From Amoebophrya sp. A120 (lineage: Eukaryota; Protista; Dinoflagellata), in assembly GCA_905178155.1 (NCBI GenBank), contig CAJINV010000012.1, positions 2,134,166-2,198,165 of the forward strand: a DNA stretch of 64,000 nucleotides, written 5' to 3'. Each line of letters starts with the position of its first letter. Within the stretch, counting starts at the first letter, position 1. The translations under genes were made by a program, and so were the position numbers. Shown piece after piece: positions 1 through 12,400 of the stretch. The notes below the pieces were generated by a model that made no database searches, was not told the origin of the DNA, and saw nothing but the letters and a program-made list of their open reading frames with translations.

Positions 1-54
1 CTTGCATTACAAATTCATGTAATAGTTGAGAATGTAACAATTGAGAGTCCCATA
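1..54. mobile_element. Partial introner (right end only)
   Basis: Ends ...GAGAGTCCCATA at 54 and carries GCATTACAA at 4-12; the coding frame runs into it. Confidence 0.55.
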
Positions 55-3000
55 TCGACATGGGTTCTCCGGTTCGCAGGTTCTTGTGCTCCGGCTTCGG
101 TTCGCAGACCCAGGAAGACTTTGACTTTCCATCGGCAGTTTCCGAGGTAGTGGTTTTTTTCGCGATTTGCCAGGTGCGAATCCCATTTGGGAAAAGCCGC
201 TTGTCGCAGGTGACGAACCGCGCCCCTTGCTTGTCGAAGTCCACTCGGTTCTTGATGTTCAACTGGTCCGCGCGCGGCGGCGCCTGGATCCCCGCGACCC
301 CTTCCGCCGCCTTCGCCTCGATTTCCTTTTTTACCACCGCGGCAAGGCCGTTCGCCGCCGCTGTCATCGTGTCCAGCGGTTGTCTATCAAATGTAAAAAT
401 GTCTGGGTCTGGAAGACTGCCAGGTTTGTCATGTAGATTCTGCATGATCCATGACGCCTGTAATGCATGATCTAGTAGCACAGATTTTCAAAGGGCTTCC
501 TACTAATGCCTTCCCGCATGAGAAATTCCCTCTCCGCGTAACACAAACTGGACTCCTGTTGCTGGTCATGCAATACAGATTTTTTTTGAATCCAAAGACA
601 GCATTACAAGTTCCAAGTTTCCAGACCCAGACATATTTGCAATCCATATTGTCGCAAGTTTCGGACCCCCCGGGCCTTCATCCCCTCGACCTTGACTAAA
701 GCGCGCTGCAGGAACGAGGAGGATATCGCAAGAAAAAAGTGTTACAGTTACACATTGTGCTGCAGGCCAAGCAAGACAGACAAGCTCTGTCATGCCGGAT
801 ATGCATAGGAACCTCGTTCTGTCATAAGTGTTTTCCCGTAGGATCTCTGCATTAGTTTTCTCTCCCATGCAGAGAAATTTGCGTTGCTGAATTGATTAGA
901 GCCCGTACGATTAATCGACCCCCTTCTCGATACCGAGAAGGGGGGGGTAGGTGCGGTCGGTCATCCGGTCGTCGCAAAACCTCAGCGATTTACTCCGATC
1001 CAAAATCGGACTTCAAAAATCCAAAATGCTTCGACTGGCCAAATTTGATTTTGAGCGCGGCTTCTTAGTCTCTTACTTTTTTGAACGTGACAGACGTAAT
1101 TCTTGCACGGCGAAATCTGGTATGGTTTGAAGTTGTTCGCGCGCGGCGCGCGAGCGATTTTTCTCTTTTGACGCGTGGGGGCACACGGCGCAGAGGGCAT
1201 TTCCGTGCGCGCAGCGCGTGAAAATTTTTCCATGACCACCTGAAGAAACACGGCCGTAGCAGAGGGAATTTGTTTTAGCCCCCAGAAAGGTTCGAAAATT
1301 TGTGTTGTGGAAGGGAGTTTTCGGCGATCCAGCGCACCGTCGGTTTTCGACGTGAAACGCGACGGCACTACAATTCGGATGGGGGGATCTGCCGAGTTAG
1401 TGTCAGTCGATTTTGGACTTACACGAACTCGCCAGTCGGGCGCCCGACTGGCGAGTTCGTGTAAGTCGAAAAAAAAAAGATTGCAGACTCTTTTCTGCGT
1501 TGCTCTTCCTCCCTTGTCGCCGAGCTGCTCCAGTTTCTCGGCGTTGCTCCTCTTGCTTTGCTACAAAAGTCGTGTCCAAAAAGCACAACTATGAGGCCGC
1601 GCGCAAAATCGGAGCTCCCCCGTCCACCGCACCAAAGATGGCAAATCCAGAAAATATGGGCGCGGGGTGGTAGTGCGATTGTACTTTTTTCTCTTCTTAG
1701 TGGAGCAGAAGCTTTTCTTGGTGTGGTTAGCACCAAGATGACTTTTTAGAAACCACATCAGGAGGAAATACATCAAGCACCACCGAAAGAGAGCGGAGTC
1801 ATAAGTGAAAAACTGCGATCCGCAAGCGCGCCACAAAAGGAATGGGCGCAAAAAAATCTCAATACTAAAGCCCCGCCACGCAATGTCAAAGAAGCCAACA
1901 GCAATTGGCCAGGGGCGCAAGCAAGCTGCTGCTGCGCTCTATTGTTTTTTCTGTCGTAGAGAACGACCCGCCTCCATAGAGAGGACAAGTTTCTAGAGAA
2001 GCTTACAAAAAGCGGCCCGATTGAAAAAGGGGCCGCGGGCTGCGAAAAAGTAAGGGTGTCTGGGATCTACTTGGGAGCGAGTCTGTTGCTTTACTGCGTG
2101 CGCGCAGCGTGTTTCTGTTGCGAAGTAGTTGCGCTACGACTGCTCTCCGAAAAGAGACTTTCTGGTCGTTTTAGCGAGAATAGTGGCAGACATCAGCAGA
2201 AGCAGAGGGCTATTTTGCTTTGTGGCAAGCACTGCAAAACGAGCCAGAGACCACCTGACTGCGCTCTTTTGGGAAAAACTGCACGAAGTAGAAAAAGCGC
2301 CACAGCGCGGGCGATATGTGTTTCGCTTGGTATTAAATAGCATCTACTCGAAGCGAAACCGCGCCAGGCGCTGTAATCTCACAGAAAGAAAATAATGGCG
2401 CAAAATGCGCCGTAGCATCGGCGTTCAATTTCGGAAACAGGATTCGCGATAAAAAGCCCCTCGATTTCGAGAAGGGGGGCGTAGGGGGGTAAGGTCGGTC
2501 AGGATCCGGATTTGGGGGGGCTTCTCGGTATCGAGAAGGGGGTCGATTAATCGTACAGGCTCTTACAAATCTGTAACTGTATGTAAACACTTTTTTCGTG
2601 GGATAGAGGAAGACGAGGAACTACTGCTAGTATCGTAGTACTGCTCATCCAGTTGGTAATCAGGGATTTTGAACAAGCTCGCGATACTCAGGTTTTCCTC
2701 GCAATACTTCATCAGATCCAACCCCAGCGCCGGATTCGTGAACACGTTGCAAAAGGTCGGGGCCGCGCCGCCAAACACCAGTGCGCACTTGCAGCAAATG
2801 ATCCGCTCGGACTGCTTCCCGAAATCGGTCGTGCTTCCGTGCTGGCGCATCACGGTAAATTCCGTGGACCGGAAATTCCTGCCGTCGTAGCAGCTGTCTG
2901 CGAGGCAGTCAGCCAGGTTCGCGGCCACCAAGTCTTGCCACTTCGGGCAATCAACGTAGTCGCAATTGTCATACGTCCCCGCGTGCGACGCAGAAACCGC

Positions 3001-5382
3001 GTAGTTGTATTCGTCGCCCAGCGCAAACCACACGTGCGCAAGTTCGTGCACGAACACCTCCGCGTCCTGGGACTGCGCAATGGTGTAGCGGTAGGGGTTC
3101 CGCGTCAAGTACCCGATGGCATCCGCTGGGCTTGCGATGCCCGCGTGCCACTTGTCACTTGGGCGGGTCCCATGCTCGAGGTTTTGGATCACAATCATCG
3201 CCCGGTAAGTCGGGGTGGTGGAGGAGCAATGATCGATAATCAGTTGCTGCAATTTGTTGTTGAACCGGTCGCCACCCGGGCCGGAATGCACGTCACAGTA
3301 AAAGGTCTCGATCGGCGGATTATCCTTGCCCGGAGGGTACTGCCCGTTCGCGTCGGGCGGAGCGGTCGGCCGGCACCACTTGCCCGCGTATTGCCACTTC
3401 TTCGTTTGTATCAAATGCAAATATGTCTGGGTCTGGAAAAGTCATGCTACTTTTGCATGACACAGAAGGTCTAGGATGGAAGCTCTAGCATCACAGGTTT
3501 CGAGAAGCTCAAGCTTCCGCTTCCGCAATGCCGAATCCGCATGACAAATGCCGCATTTTCTTGGTAACAGAAAGTGGGCAAGTTTTGCTGCCTATGCATG
3601 AGAGATTTTTGCGTGTTTTGATATGCGCATCACAAGTTGCATCCTTCCAGACCCAGACATATTTGCAATGCATAGTTTGCTCGTTGTACTCGTAGCACCC
3701 GGGCAGCTCGTTCCACGGCGGCTCGTCGGTATGACAGTGCACAACTCCCCCTCCCCCTGATTTGTCATGCAAGATACCAAATCCAGCCGTTCCTCTTTGG
3801 CACTTCTTGCATGACAGGTTTCGGAAGCCGAAACAGCATTACAGTCGCTCGCGAGTTAATTTGTCATGCAAAAGCTGCATTTATGATTATGCCAGCACTT
3901 GTGTTGCTGCTTATGCCCTTCAAATGAGGGGGACGAGGGGGAGTTGTGCACTCCCATAATCGGGCGAGAAGCTGCAGAAGACGTTTTGGTCCTCCGGGTG
4001 GGCGGCTTTCACGTAGAAGTAAATTCAGAAAAATGTTCTCCCGCGGGTCGTACGGTCGGTGCTTGATCGCAAAGTCGTAGATCTTCACCACGGTATCTTT
4101 CCACAGGTCCGTATCGTCCTGCACGCCCTCAATGTAGTCGGGGTGCCCCGGAAGCCAAAACCCGCTCGGCGCGAGAATCACGTTCAGCGCCTGCCTTGGA
4201 TCGGCCTGGACATGCAGCGGGTATCAAGTGCAAAATGTCTGGGTCTGGAAACTTGTGATGCCAAAATGTGGATGAGTGAAGCGCTTCCAATGGCAGCCAA
4301 GCATGACAAGTTTTATTTGAGACGCCTGCTGATCATGCCTACCACGCATTACAAATTGCGTTTTTGCATGACAAAGAAAGCTTCTCTTTATTTGCTGCTC
4401 ATGCAACACAGATTTATTTCCGCGAACGCAAGACACGCATTACAAGTTCGACTTTTCCAGACCCAGTTGGAGACATTTTTGCATTTGATAGCGGGTGGCA
4501 GGTGTCTAAACTCCCCCCAATCTCGTGCATCCATTTTGGAGCGTCTTGGGCCATGGATAAGACTTCCATCGTGTCGCTGGGTAAACTCGGCGCGTACGCC
4601 GTGTCCGCATCGTACGGCGCGCTGGAAAGATCCGCACCAGCAATGCCGCTAGCCCCACCCCCACCGGAACCGCCCCCGCCCCCGCCCAGTTGGTCTTTCA
4701 GGCTTTCGATGTCCTCCGAGTTGCTGATCTCCGCGTCGTCTCCTGCTGCCAGATCAAGGTCGATCCCGCAACACCCGTCCTCAGCAGCGTCAGCAGTTGC
4801 TTCGGCTTTTTCAGAAAAGTTTTCCGGCGCAGTTTCCTGTTGCTGCTGTGCTACTCGGTGTAGCTCCTTCCGTTCTTCTTGCTGATGCTGCACGAAAACA
4901 ACTTCTTGTAGCTCCTTCTTCTTTTTCGAAAGCGATAACATCTGCTCCTTCTTCATCTTGTTCTTCCTGCTCTTTTGCGATGTTGATGCTTGTGCAGCTT
5001 CACGACCTTGCTGTGCTGTAGTTTTACTGTGCTGCTTTAACAGCGACTCTCGCTTGTGCTGGTTGTGCAACTGCATCTTCTCGGTCAGTTCGTAGGCTGC
5101 TACTGTAGCGAAAGAGCAGGAGTAGTAGAAACCTGCACCTGCTCCGAGAAGTATTAAAGGCCTTGATGTTCTTCGCTTTACACTCCTTTGCAGCTTGATA
5201 CCCTTGGGCGGAAGAGCATCATTGTGAGTAGACCTGGACGAGATCATAGGAACTACATCAACGGCAGCTCCCCCAGCTTCGCGTGAAGACCTTCTTCTAC
5301 GAGCAGTACCGCTGCCCATCGTGTTGTCCTGCTCAGTTGAGTTGGCTCCTGCGATATCGAGATCGAGAACAGGCGACGACAT
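1..5382 (-). CDS. Peptidase M64 (IgA peptidase)-like zinc metalloprotease with N-terminal hydrophobic segment; multi-exon, runs off window start; apparent 1-nt frameshift near 4022
   Basis: Exon 2606-3408 encodes VFVHELAHVWFALGDEY (HExxH..LxDEY, M64-like) and a Cys-rich tail; LNVILAPSGF upstream. Frames join after removing introners at 4222, 3409, 724 and 385. ATG at 5382 inferred. Confidence 0.7.
385..648. mobile_element. Introner family A (TIR core ATGTCTGGGTCTGGAA)
   Basis: TAT...ATA ends, TIRs, direct repeat TTGTC; removal restores NLRQ-PLDT. Confidence 0.9.
724..2605. mobile_element. Introner family B (TIR core AAAAAAGTGTTACAGTTAC) carrying a nested transposon
   Basis: Direct repeat GAGGA at 719-723 and 2606-2610; frame restored (SSSS-SFLQ). 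Confidence 0.85.
899..2562. mobile_element. Non-autonomous PIF/Harbinger-like DNA transposon
   Basis: 42-bp TIRs GAGCCYGTACGATTAATCGACCCCCTTCTCGATACCGAGAAG (899-940 / 2521-2562, 1 mismatch); TTA target duplication; no transposase ORF. Confidence 0.8.
3409..3674. mobile_element. Introner family A
   Basis: TIRs; DR GTTTG; frame EQT-KKWQ restored. Confidence 0.9.
3730..3958. mobile_element. Introner family E (TIR core GTGCACAACTCCCCCTC)
   Basis: TIRs; DR GTCGG/ATCGG. Confidence 0.85.
4222..4490. mobile_element. Introner family A
   Basis: TIRs; DR GCGGG; frame restored. Confidence 0.9.
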
Positions 5383-6961
5383 GCCTTTAACAATTTTACG
5401 AATACATACGTGAAGAACTTCTCCCAACTATTCCACGAGACCGCACCAGGAATCAAGTGTGAATTCAAACTACGAGAAAAAAAAAAATAGACAGACCTGC
5501 TGACGCAGTATAGTGGATGGCGAAAGAACTTTTTTTTGTTGTTGGTTCTAGGAAAAAAGAGTTTAAAAAACGAGTGTAGTGCTAGTGCTGTGAGAGGGAC
5601 AAAATAGCACAACAGTTCGGTGTGACATACATGATTGAGAAAAATCATACAGAACATACGAGGACCACAGCACGAAGAAATAAGACACGACACGCACGAA
5701 ATTTGTATGTTGCCGGACGATTTTCGATTCCTATCATGTTGTGACAGTTTCTTGTTAATTCAACTTCAACAGTACGAGATGAGGAGGAAGAAGAACGACC
5801 CTATTTCATCATCAGCAGGAGACCTTTATTTCAACAGCAAAGCTGTAACTGTACGTGCAAGCTGTGTATGCTCTTGTATGGTAAGCACGTTCTGCATACT
5901 TGCCGCACAAATCACCTTTTGCACCATTGCTGGACGAAATACAAGATTGAGATTCATGAAAGACGACTGCGACGAATAATTAAAGCTGAATCACGACGAC
6001 GAGAGGATGAAGTTCATGCATTGCTATCCGCTTCCTTGCGACGATGAAATTATAGACGAAAGCCGAAATAAAAATTGCAGTTTTTATCGTTGCTACAATT
6101 TTTCGACGAGCAGTTGATGACCTCAGTTTGGAAACGTACGACCCAGCAGCGCAACTTTCTGTACAAGACCATGAACTCCACCAGCGAAATATCCAGTTGC
6201 AGACGGCTCTAGTATTCCGAGCAGACGTAGCCTAGTTTCTAACTTTGGTTTTTTGTGTACAATTTCCAACGAAATTGCACTTGATACTGTGACATCAATC
6301 AGCATTAAAAACAAAGCTATAGCTGCTAGAACCTCGCTAACAGAAGGACGAGCAGCTAGAACATGTTAATCCCAAACAACTCCATGGTCTCTAAAAATCA
6401 TTTCCAAACTTTTGACAGGTGTGTAACAAGAAATGTGGGCTGAAGATGTGGGCATCAGATCCTATTGTAAATCTACGTCGTAAGTTGAGAGATATTCTTA
6501 AAACAGCATTTCAGTTCCTCGATAGTAAACTTGCATATAGAAGTCAAGACGGAGCCACCCCAGTTCTTGGCCAGCGTTCCCCGCCTTTCATTACTACACA
6601 ACTAGAAGCAAAGCAGCGATCATAACAACATACTAAACCCGTAAAAACGTCGAAAATTATAAGTGGCCGCGATCGTGTAAATAATACAAATTCAGCTATT
6701 GAAATCTTGAAAGAGCAGATGAAGATGACACCGCCGGGAGAGACTGACTGACCCCAATAACTTCTACCGGTCGAGCTACAATACATCTTACGCGATTTCT
6801 ACGTATTTGTGATTTTGAGCTCTGCTGTCGATAAAGATGGTGGAAAAGCAGGCGAAAATTGTTATAGGTACAACAACATTAAGCATCTTAAAACTTACCA
6901 AGATGCCGCTGCAAGAAGAGCGACACCGAGATGTCGCTGCAAGAAGAGCGACACCACCCGA

Positions 6962-7818
6962 TTAGGGCGGAAAAATCGGCAAATCGCATCATTTTTGACA
7001 GCGCACTTTTTGGGGGGGCAAAAAAATTGTGGCTGTTGGGGGTATCAACACTGCTTTTTTTCCTGTTGGCCATGTAGCCGCTGGCGCCACTCTTCGTTGT
7101 CACGGTCCGCCATCCGACCCTCCCCTTTTTCCAATAGAACCGCAGTACTTTGTTGAAGTTGCACAGGCCTGCGGCTCTCCGGCGCGGGAAGCCGCGCCCC
7201 CTCTCCCGCATCCAATTCCGTACGCGCCCAGACATCTTCTCGTCTCCCCTCTGCGGCCGGACGTTGAAAATGCGGACGCGCCAACAATCAAGTGCTTCCG
7301 GGGGGGGGTGCCGAAGGGGGGGGGTAAGGGGGTCCGCTTGGGCTACCGTTGGGCTGCCATTTTGGGACCTGCCAAATCAGCAGTTTCCAATGGGGATTTG
7401 GGGGTCGGCATAGGCTACCGAAAGGGTACCCGGAGGGGGTACCCGGAAGGGGTGTCCGAAGGGGGCAAAAATGCCCCCCCCTGACCACCCCCCTTGCCGG
7501 GCCTTCTTTTCCGGGCGACGGGCCTCGTCGAGCCCCGGTCACGGAGGCGGCCCGGCCACTGTTCGAAGAGCGGGCCCACGACACAGCGCCCGGCCATCTG
7601 GACGACAACGCACAGAGCGAAGGTGTTGTGGCCTGCTTCTGGTCTTGGTGTTGCGACATTTCCAAAGCTCAGCTACCATGTTTCCTGTGGAAAAGATCAA
7701 GTGACATGCGAGGCGTGTCGGCTTCCAAGATGTTGCGCCCCCAACAAAAAAACTTTTTTTACCCCCCCACTAAGTGCGCTGACAAAAATGATGCGATTTG
7801 CCGATTTTTCCGCCCTAA
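6962..7818. mobile_element. MITE-like TIR element, possibly hAT-related
   Basis: About 47-bp TIR TTAGGGCGGAAAAATCGGCAAATCGCATCATTTTTG(A/T)CAGCGCACTT; CCCGA duplicated on both flanks; GC-rich noncoding interior. Confidence 0.75.
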
Positions 7819-7887
7819 CCCGACATCTTGATCTTATCGGATCAATATCGTGTTCTAAAAATCAATGATAAAATAACTAGAAGATCC

Positions 7888-8166
7888 TATCCTGAGTAAA
7901 AACGTACCCACACCAGAGTCAGGATGGGGATTTTGCAAAACAAGCCTAGGAGTTTTGTGAGTCACGCATGACAAGTTGCGCTCTGCAGTGTAGTGCAGGT
8001 TAGCAAGTGCAGCCGCATCACAGATTCATCTGCTCATCCTATTCACAGCATCACAAATTCCAAAACACGACTGGGAATGGCTCTCATGGGGATGCGCGTT
8101 ACAAGTCTTCCTGTCTTTGCAAATCTGCATTACAACTCTGGTGTGGGTACGTTTCTACTTAGGATA
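7888..8166. mobile_element. Introner family C (TIR TATCCTRAGTARAAACGTACCCACACCAGAGT)
   Basis: TIRs; DR GATCC; near-identical to 40217-40495. Confidence 0.9.
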
Positions 8167-8210
8167 GATCCTTGGAGTGGTGGAGCAGCACCTCGCTAGG
8201 ATTTCTATGT

Positions 8211-8366
8211 TATGAACTGCAAAAGCATCGTACAAGTATAAATTTAAATTGCAATGCAAGTTAGCTCAGCATTACAAATTAAATTTGTAATGCGGATTTG
8301 CCTTAACCAAAATATTTGCAATGCATAAAAGCAATTGCTACGAGTACGATACTTTTGCACAGGATA
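8211..8366. mobile_element. Introner family D (TIR core TGCAAAAGYATCGTAC)
   Basis: TIRs; DR TATGT/TATCT. Confidence 0.85.
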
Positions 8367-9412
8367 TATCTGCGATACACCACATAACACGGGTTTCCGG
8401 AGATTGAGCGGGCCGGAAAGCCGCGTTGTGCAATATATCAATTTTTTGAATTTGGGTTGTACTGAAAATTGCTTATTGTATTAGTATTCTGGTGTACTTC
8501 TATCTCTATCTTCACTTCCAGGCTGTGGAAAAAATATGTTCTTATGCGCTGATGATGTGATGGCTGTATCTGTAGTGAAAAAAAGTTGTAAACATAAAAG
8601 GGCAATGAAGATCGTGATGACAACAATGATAGCGAATCGGAGCAGTGCACTTCGTTACTTTCCAAGCTCAATAGTGGTGGCTAAAAGTAAAAATCGATCC
8701 TAGTTCGTCCTCGCGTTAGTAGAGAAGATACTAGACTCGAGCTTGACTGTTACATCATGCCCGTGTCGCACTTCAGTGGTCGTGGTCCACTAGAATTTTT
8801 ATAGTTGCATAAACGTTTGATGGTTTTTGCACACTGCAAAATCATAGTCAACAGCGAAATAAAGATAAGATGATTCAAATTTACCAATCTTACTGAGCAG
8901 ACCGCGGAAATAACTTCGAAGCCACTACATCCGAATTTCGAATCTGGAACTAATTCTTTAATCTGATATCATAAAGAAACCCTTGAAAATAGGTTTTTTG
9001 GTGAAGGATGATAGGGGCCGCTGCTTTTCTGTAATATTTGGACAATAAATTAGGTAAGTAGTAGGAGTTCATCAGATCATGCTATCAATCTGCGACGAAG
9101 ACTGCTTATGGTAAGGTATGTAGCAGAAGAGACAGTGCCCCATATCATGTTTTTTGTTTAGATAATTTTTTTTTGCTTTTATTTATTTTGTTTCTTGTTG
9201 TTGTTTATAATAGTGCGCCAGGTCCTCGTGCTGTCGTGCTGCTTGCTCCTGAGCATCCATGCGATTTTTTTTTCGTAAAAACTAGGTAGCTGTCGTGGCT
9301 CAATGTGGACGACGAGGACCTGCGTATTAAATCACCCAAACTACTTCCCAAACCAGCTGTCAAGGTTCAAGAAGAAGCTCGGGATGTTGATAGTTCATCC
9401 TCATCTACCTCA

Positions 9413-12400
9413 TCAAAAGAAGATCCGCTCCAGCATTCTTTCGCCGTGTAAGGTGGTGGGAACCAAACAGTGCTCGCCGTAGTTTTCCGCGATGTACTTC
9501 ACTATTTTCGCGATGTTCCTTATCCTGAGAAAAAAGTGTTACAGTTACACACTCTGATGGAAGACCAGCAAGACAGACAACCTTTGTCATGCAGGAAATG
9601 CTTGCCAGCCTCATTGCATTCGTGTTTTCCCTTGTAGTCTGCGCATCACAGGTTTTGTTGGCCATGTCGAGCAACTTTGTGATGCAGAAACTCCAGCAAA
9701 TGTGTAACTGTAACACTTTTTTCCTGTGATATTCCTGCTATCATCCAGCCCGGAGTGGTGACGGCCATCGAGCTGGAGCGCGCAGGCCTCGAGCATAATC
9801 ACCATGGCGTCTTGTTTCTGTGAAGTCGTGTGGTTTTTGGTCCGATTTTGGTGAAGCTTTGTTATGCATGCAGCTTTGGATCACGATCATGAACGGGGTG
9901 GACAATTGTGAAGATTGTCCACATCTACATGGTCATGCATAAAATCATAATAAACAAAGGCCAGATGAGAGAACAAGCTGAAAAACAAAGCAAATCATAT
10001 ATCATTACTCGACTACTTAGTACGTTGTTCCGATAGTAGACGTAATTCTTGTGCTTCCGCGGGTCACCCAGCAAGTTCGCGAAAATTATTTTGATGTTGC
10101 AGAACGAACGCTCCACGTCATCCGGCAAGCCACAGAGTATCCCACACAAAAAAGCCGCGGGCAGGGCAACTACATTGTATACGCAAAAATAAGCACACAG
10201 AAAAATCTGCGTCGCGTAATATCCTAAGCAGAATGCTGTAGGCTTGCCCATGACATTTTTTTTTTTGCGATTTACCCTTTGATATGCATATGCCCTGCCT
10301 GCTGGTCCTTTTTTCTTTCTGATACAGAGCTTCAGCTGGCCAGGAAGCATCGTTTCCACATCCCAGTCACCACAGGTGATCAACCTAATTTTAGTGAATG
10401 ACTCGTCTGCTCGACACCATCTAGTATACGCTTTTTCGCGGCTAGAACCTTCTACACCGTAGAATCATATTACAGAAGATATTACAAATAGCAACTTTAG
10501 TATTACCCTGAAGAAGAACGAGAGAACCAACAAAATCAAAATATACAGTGAGTTCGGAAAGTGCGCCATAAAGCCCTTCCAGTCCTGGTAAACCCCCGGA
10601 AAATCCCCCGCGTTGTCGACCTCTTCCTGCGTAATCCCCGTCAAGTTTCGGCAAAAGTATTTCAGTTTCGGGTTCAACACCGGCTTCACGAATTTCCGAA
10701 ATTCGGCAACGACCTCTAAAGTTTCTACGTCCAGAATAACCGTGGGAAACTCGATGACTTTATGAGAGTCCACAACTCCCCCTCCTGCCCCTCATTTGTT
10801 GTATGGCATGGACAGCAATACAAACAACAGCACACGTGGAGCCTATGCATGACAACTTTATGCACCTTATGTAGTACTGTTTGGGCAGCTTCCGAAATTT
10901 GTCATGCTAACACAAGTGCCACAAGGCATCAAGGCAGCGACTGGGATTAGGATTTTGCATGACAAACGAGGGGGAGGAGGAGTTGTGCACTCTCATAGAC
11001 CTCGGGCTCAATCGAGTGGTCGTGTTCGCAAGTCGCCTCGAAATCCAGGATGGCGTAATAGGTGTACCTAGAAATAGATATTTGAATTGGATGATTTGTT
11101 TGTTAACTTCGCTTTTGATGCAGCCTGAACTAAAGGTAGGAACCCTGTTGTAGCAGTTATGCAACGGAAACAAACACCACAAGATGAAACGTGTGGAAAA
11201 TGAGAATCTCTTCCCATAAAGAAACGAAATATCAAATTGCGCGAAATTTCTATACTTGTGCCAATTCTTCGCATCAAAAGTGTGTTTCCGACTCAACTGC
11301 TTCAAATTTGCCCAGCTCCTGCTCTCCAAAGCCGCTTTCGGTTTCAAATGCCCGGCCGCTTCGAGAAATTCGGAATTTGTCGTCGCGTAAATAGTACTGC
11401 TGTGACTCGTCGTTGAGGGGACGGAGGGATAATTCGCTGCACCGTAAGTAGAACCTCCAACTGTCGTCGTTGTAGTTCCTGCCGTCGTAGCAGATCGGTG
11501 CAGAAGCCTCTTCGGGTGGCTTTTGCTCTTGTTGATGAACGGGGGTACAGGAGCGCCGCCCCCGCCTACTTGATCATGACTACTGTAGTCCCAGTGCTGG
11601 TTTTGTTGCCAATGGCCATTGAATCCCGCGAATGAGGGTGTAGTTTTTTCCTGGTGGTACGTCGAAGATGTCGTGCCGTTGGATGCAGACCTGTAACTGG
11701 AAAGAGTTTTGCCGCTAGCCGCAGTGGTCGTCCACGCTCCGGAGGTAATATGGTGGTAGTTCTTTTGACCACCGCCTTTGCCACCTTTGATGCTCGTCCC
11801 ACTTGTCCCGCCGTTCTGGCCGTTGCTGTAACCTGCGCCATTGCTGTAGCTACAACCAGAAGGACCTGCGGCTGCGCCGTTTTTCCCGCCATTTTTGTTT
11901 GACACATAGGTAGTAGACGGATTCATCTTCCCACCTTTGTAGCCGTACAAACCGTTCGCAGCTCCTCCAGAAGTTCCGTTGCTGTAGCTTCTGTCTGGGT
12001 AAAAATTCTTGTCCTGCTGGTCACAGTTGTAGCCGCCGTTTGAGGAGCCGTTGCTATCGTTTGTGTTGTAGCTATCGGAGCGGCCGTTGTTCTGTGGATT
12101 TGCATGCTGCTTGTAGCCGTTGGTCCCATTCTTGTTCCAACCGCTCTTCGCCACGGCGCCGCCCTTGCCTTTGGTGTAGCCCGACACCTTGTAGTAAGTA
12201 TCCCCCTCTACTTCGCTTCCATGATACTGACCTGACGCTGACCCGTAATAACTGTCATACCGCGGGTCGTGATCTGCCGGGCCGTTGTACGTGTACGCGT
12301 GCTGTAGTTTCCTCGGCCGGTTACCTGTAGTGCCGCTCTTGCCGTTCCAAGATGTAGCTGAATCAACACCATTTTTTGCCTGGCCTTTGCCATTCTGGAT

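Noticed and set aside
899-2562. Autonomous transposase source for the introners
   Set aside because: No long ORF or DDE motif; its 3-bp TTA TSD and GAGCC termini differ from the 5-bp TSD and TAT termini.
2653-3474. Plus-strand 273-aa ORF and similar antisense ORFs (33699-34271, 45266-45889)
   Set aside because: Antisense shadows of minus-strand exons.
6962-6967. TTAGGG/CCCTAA as telomeric sequence
   Set aside because: Single hexamers forming the termini of a TIR element; no tandem array.
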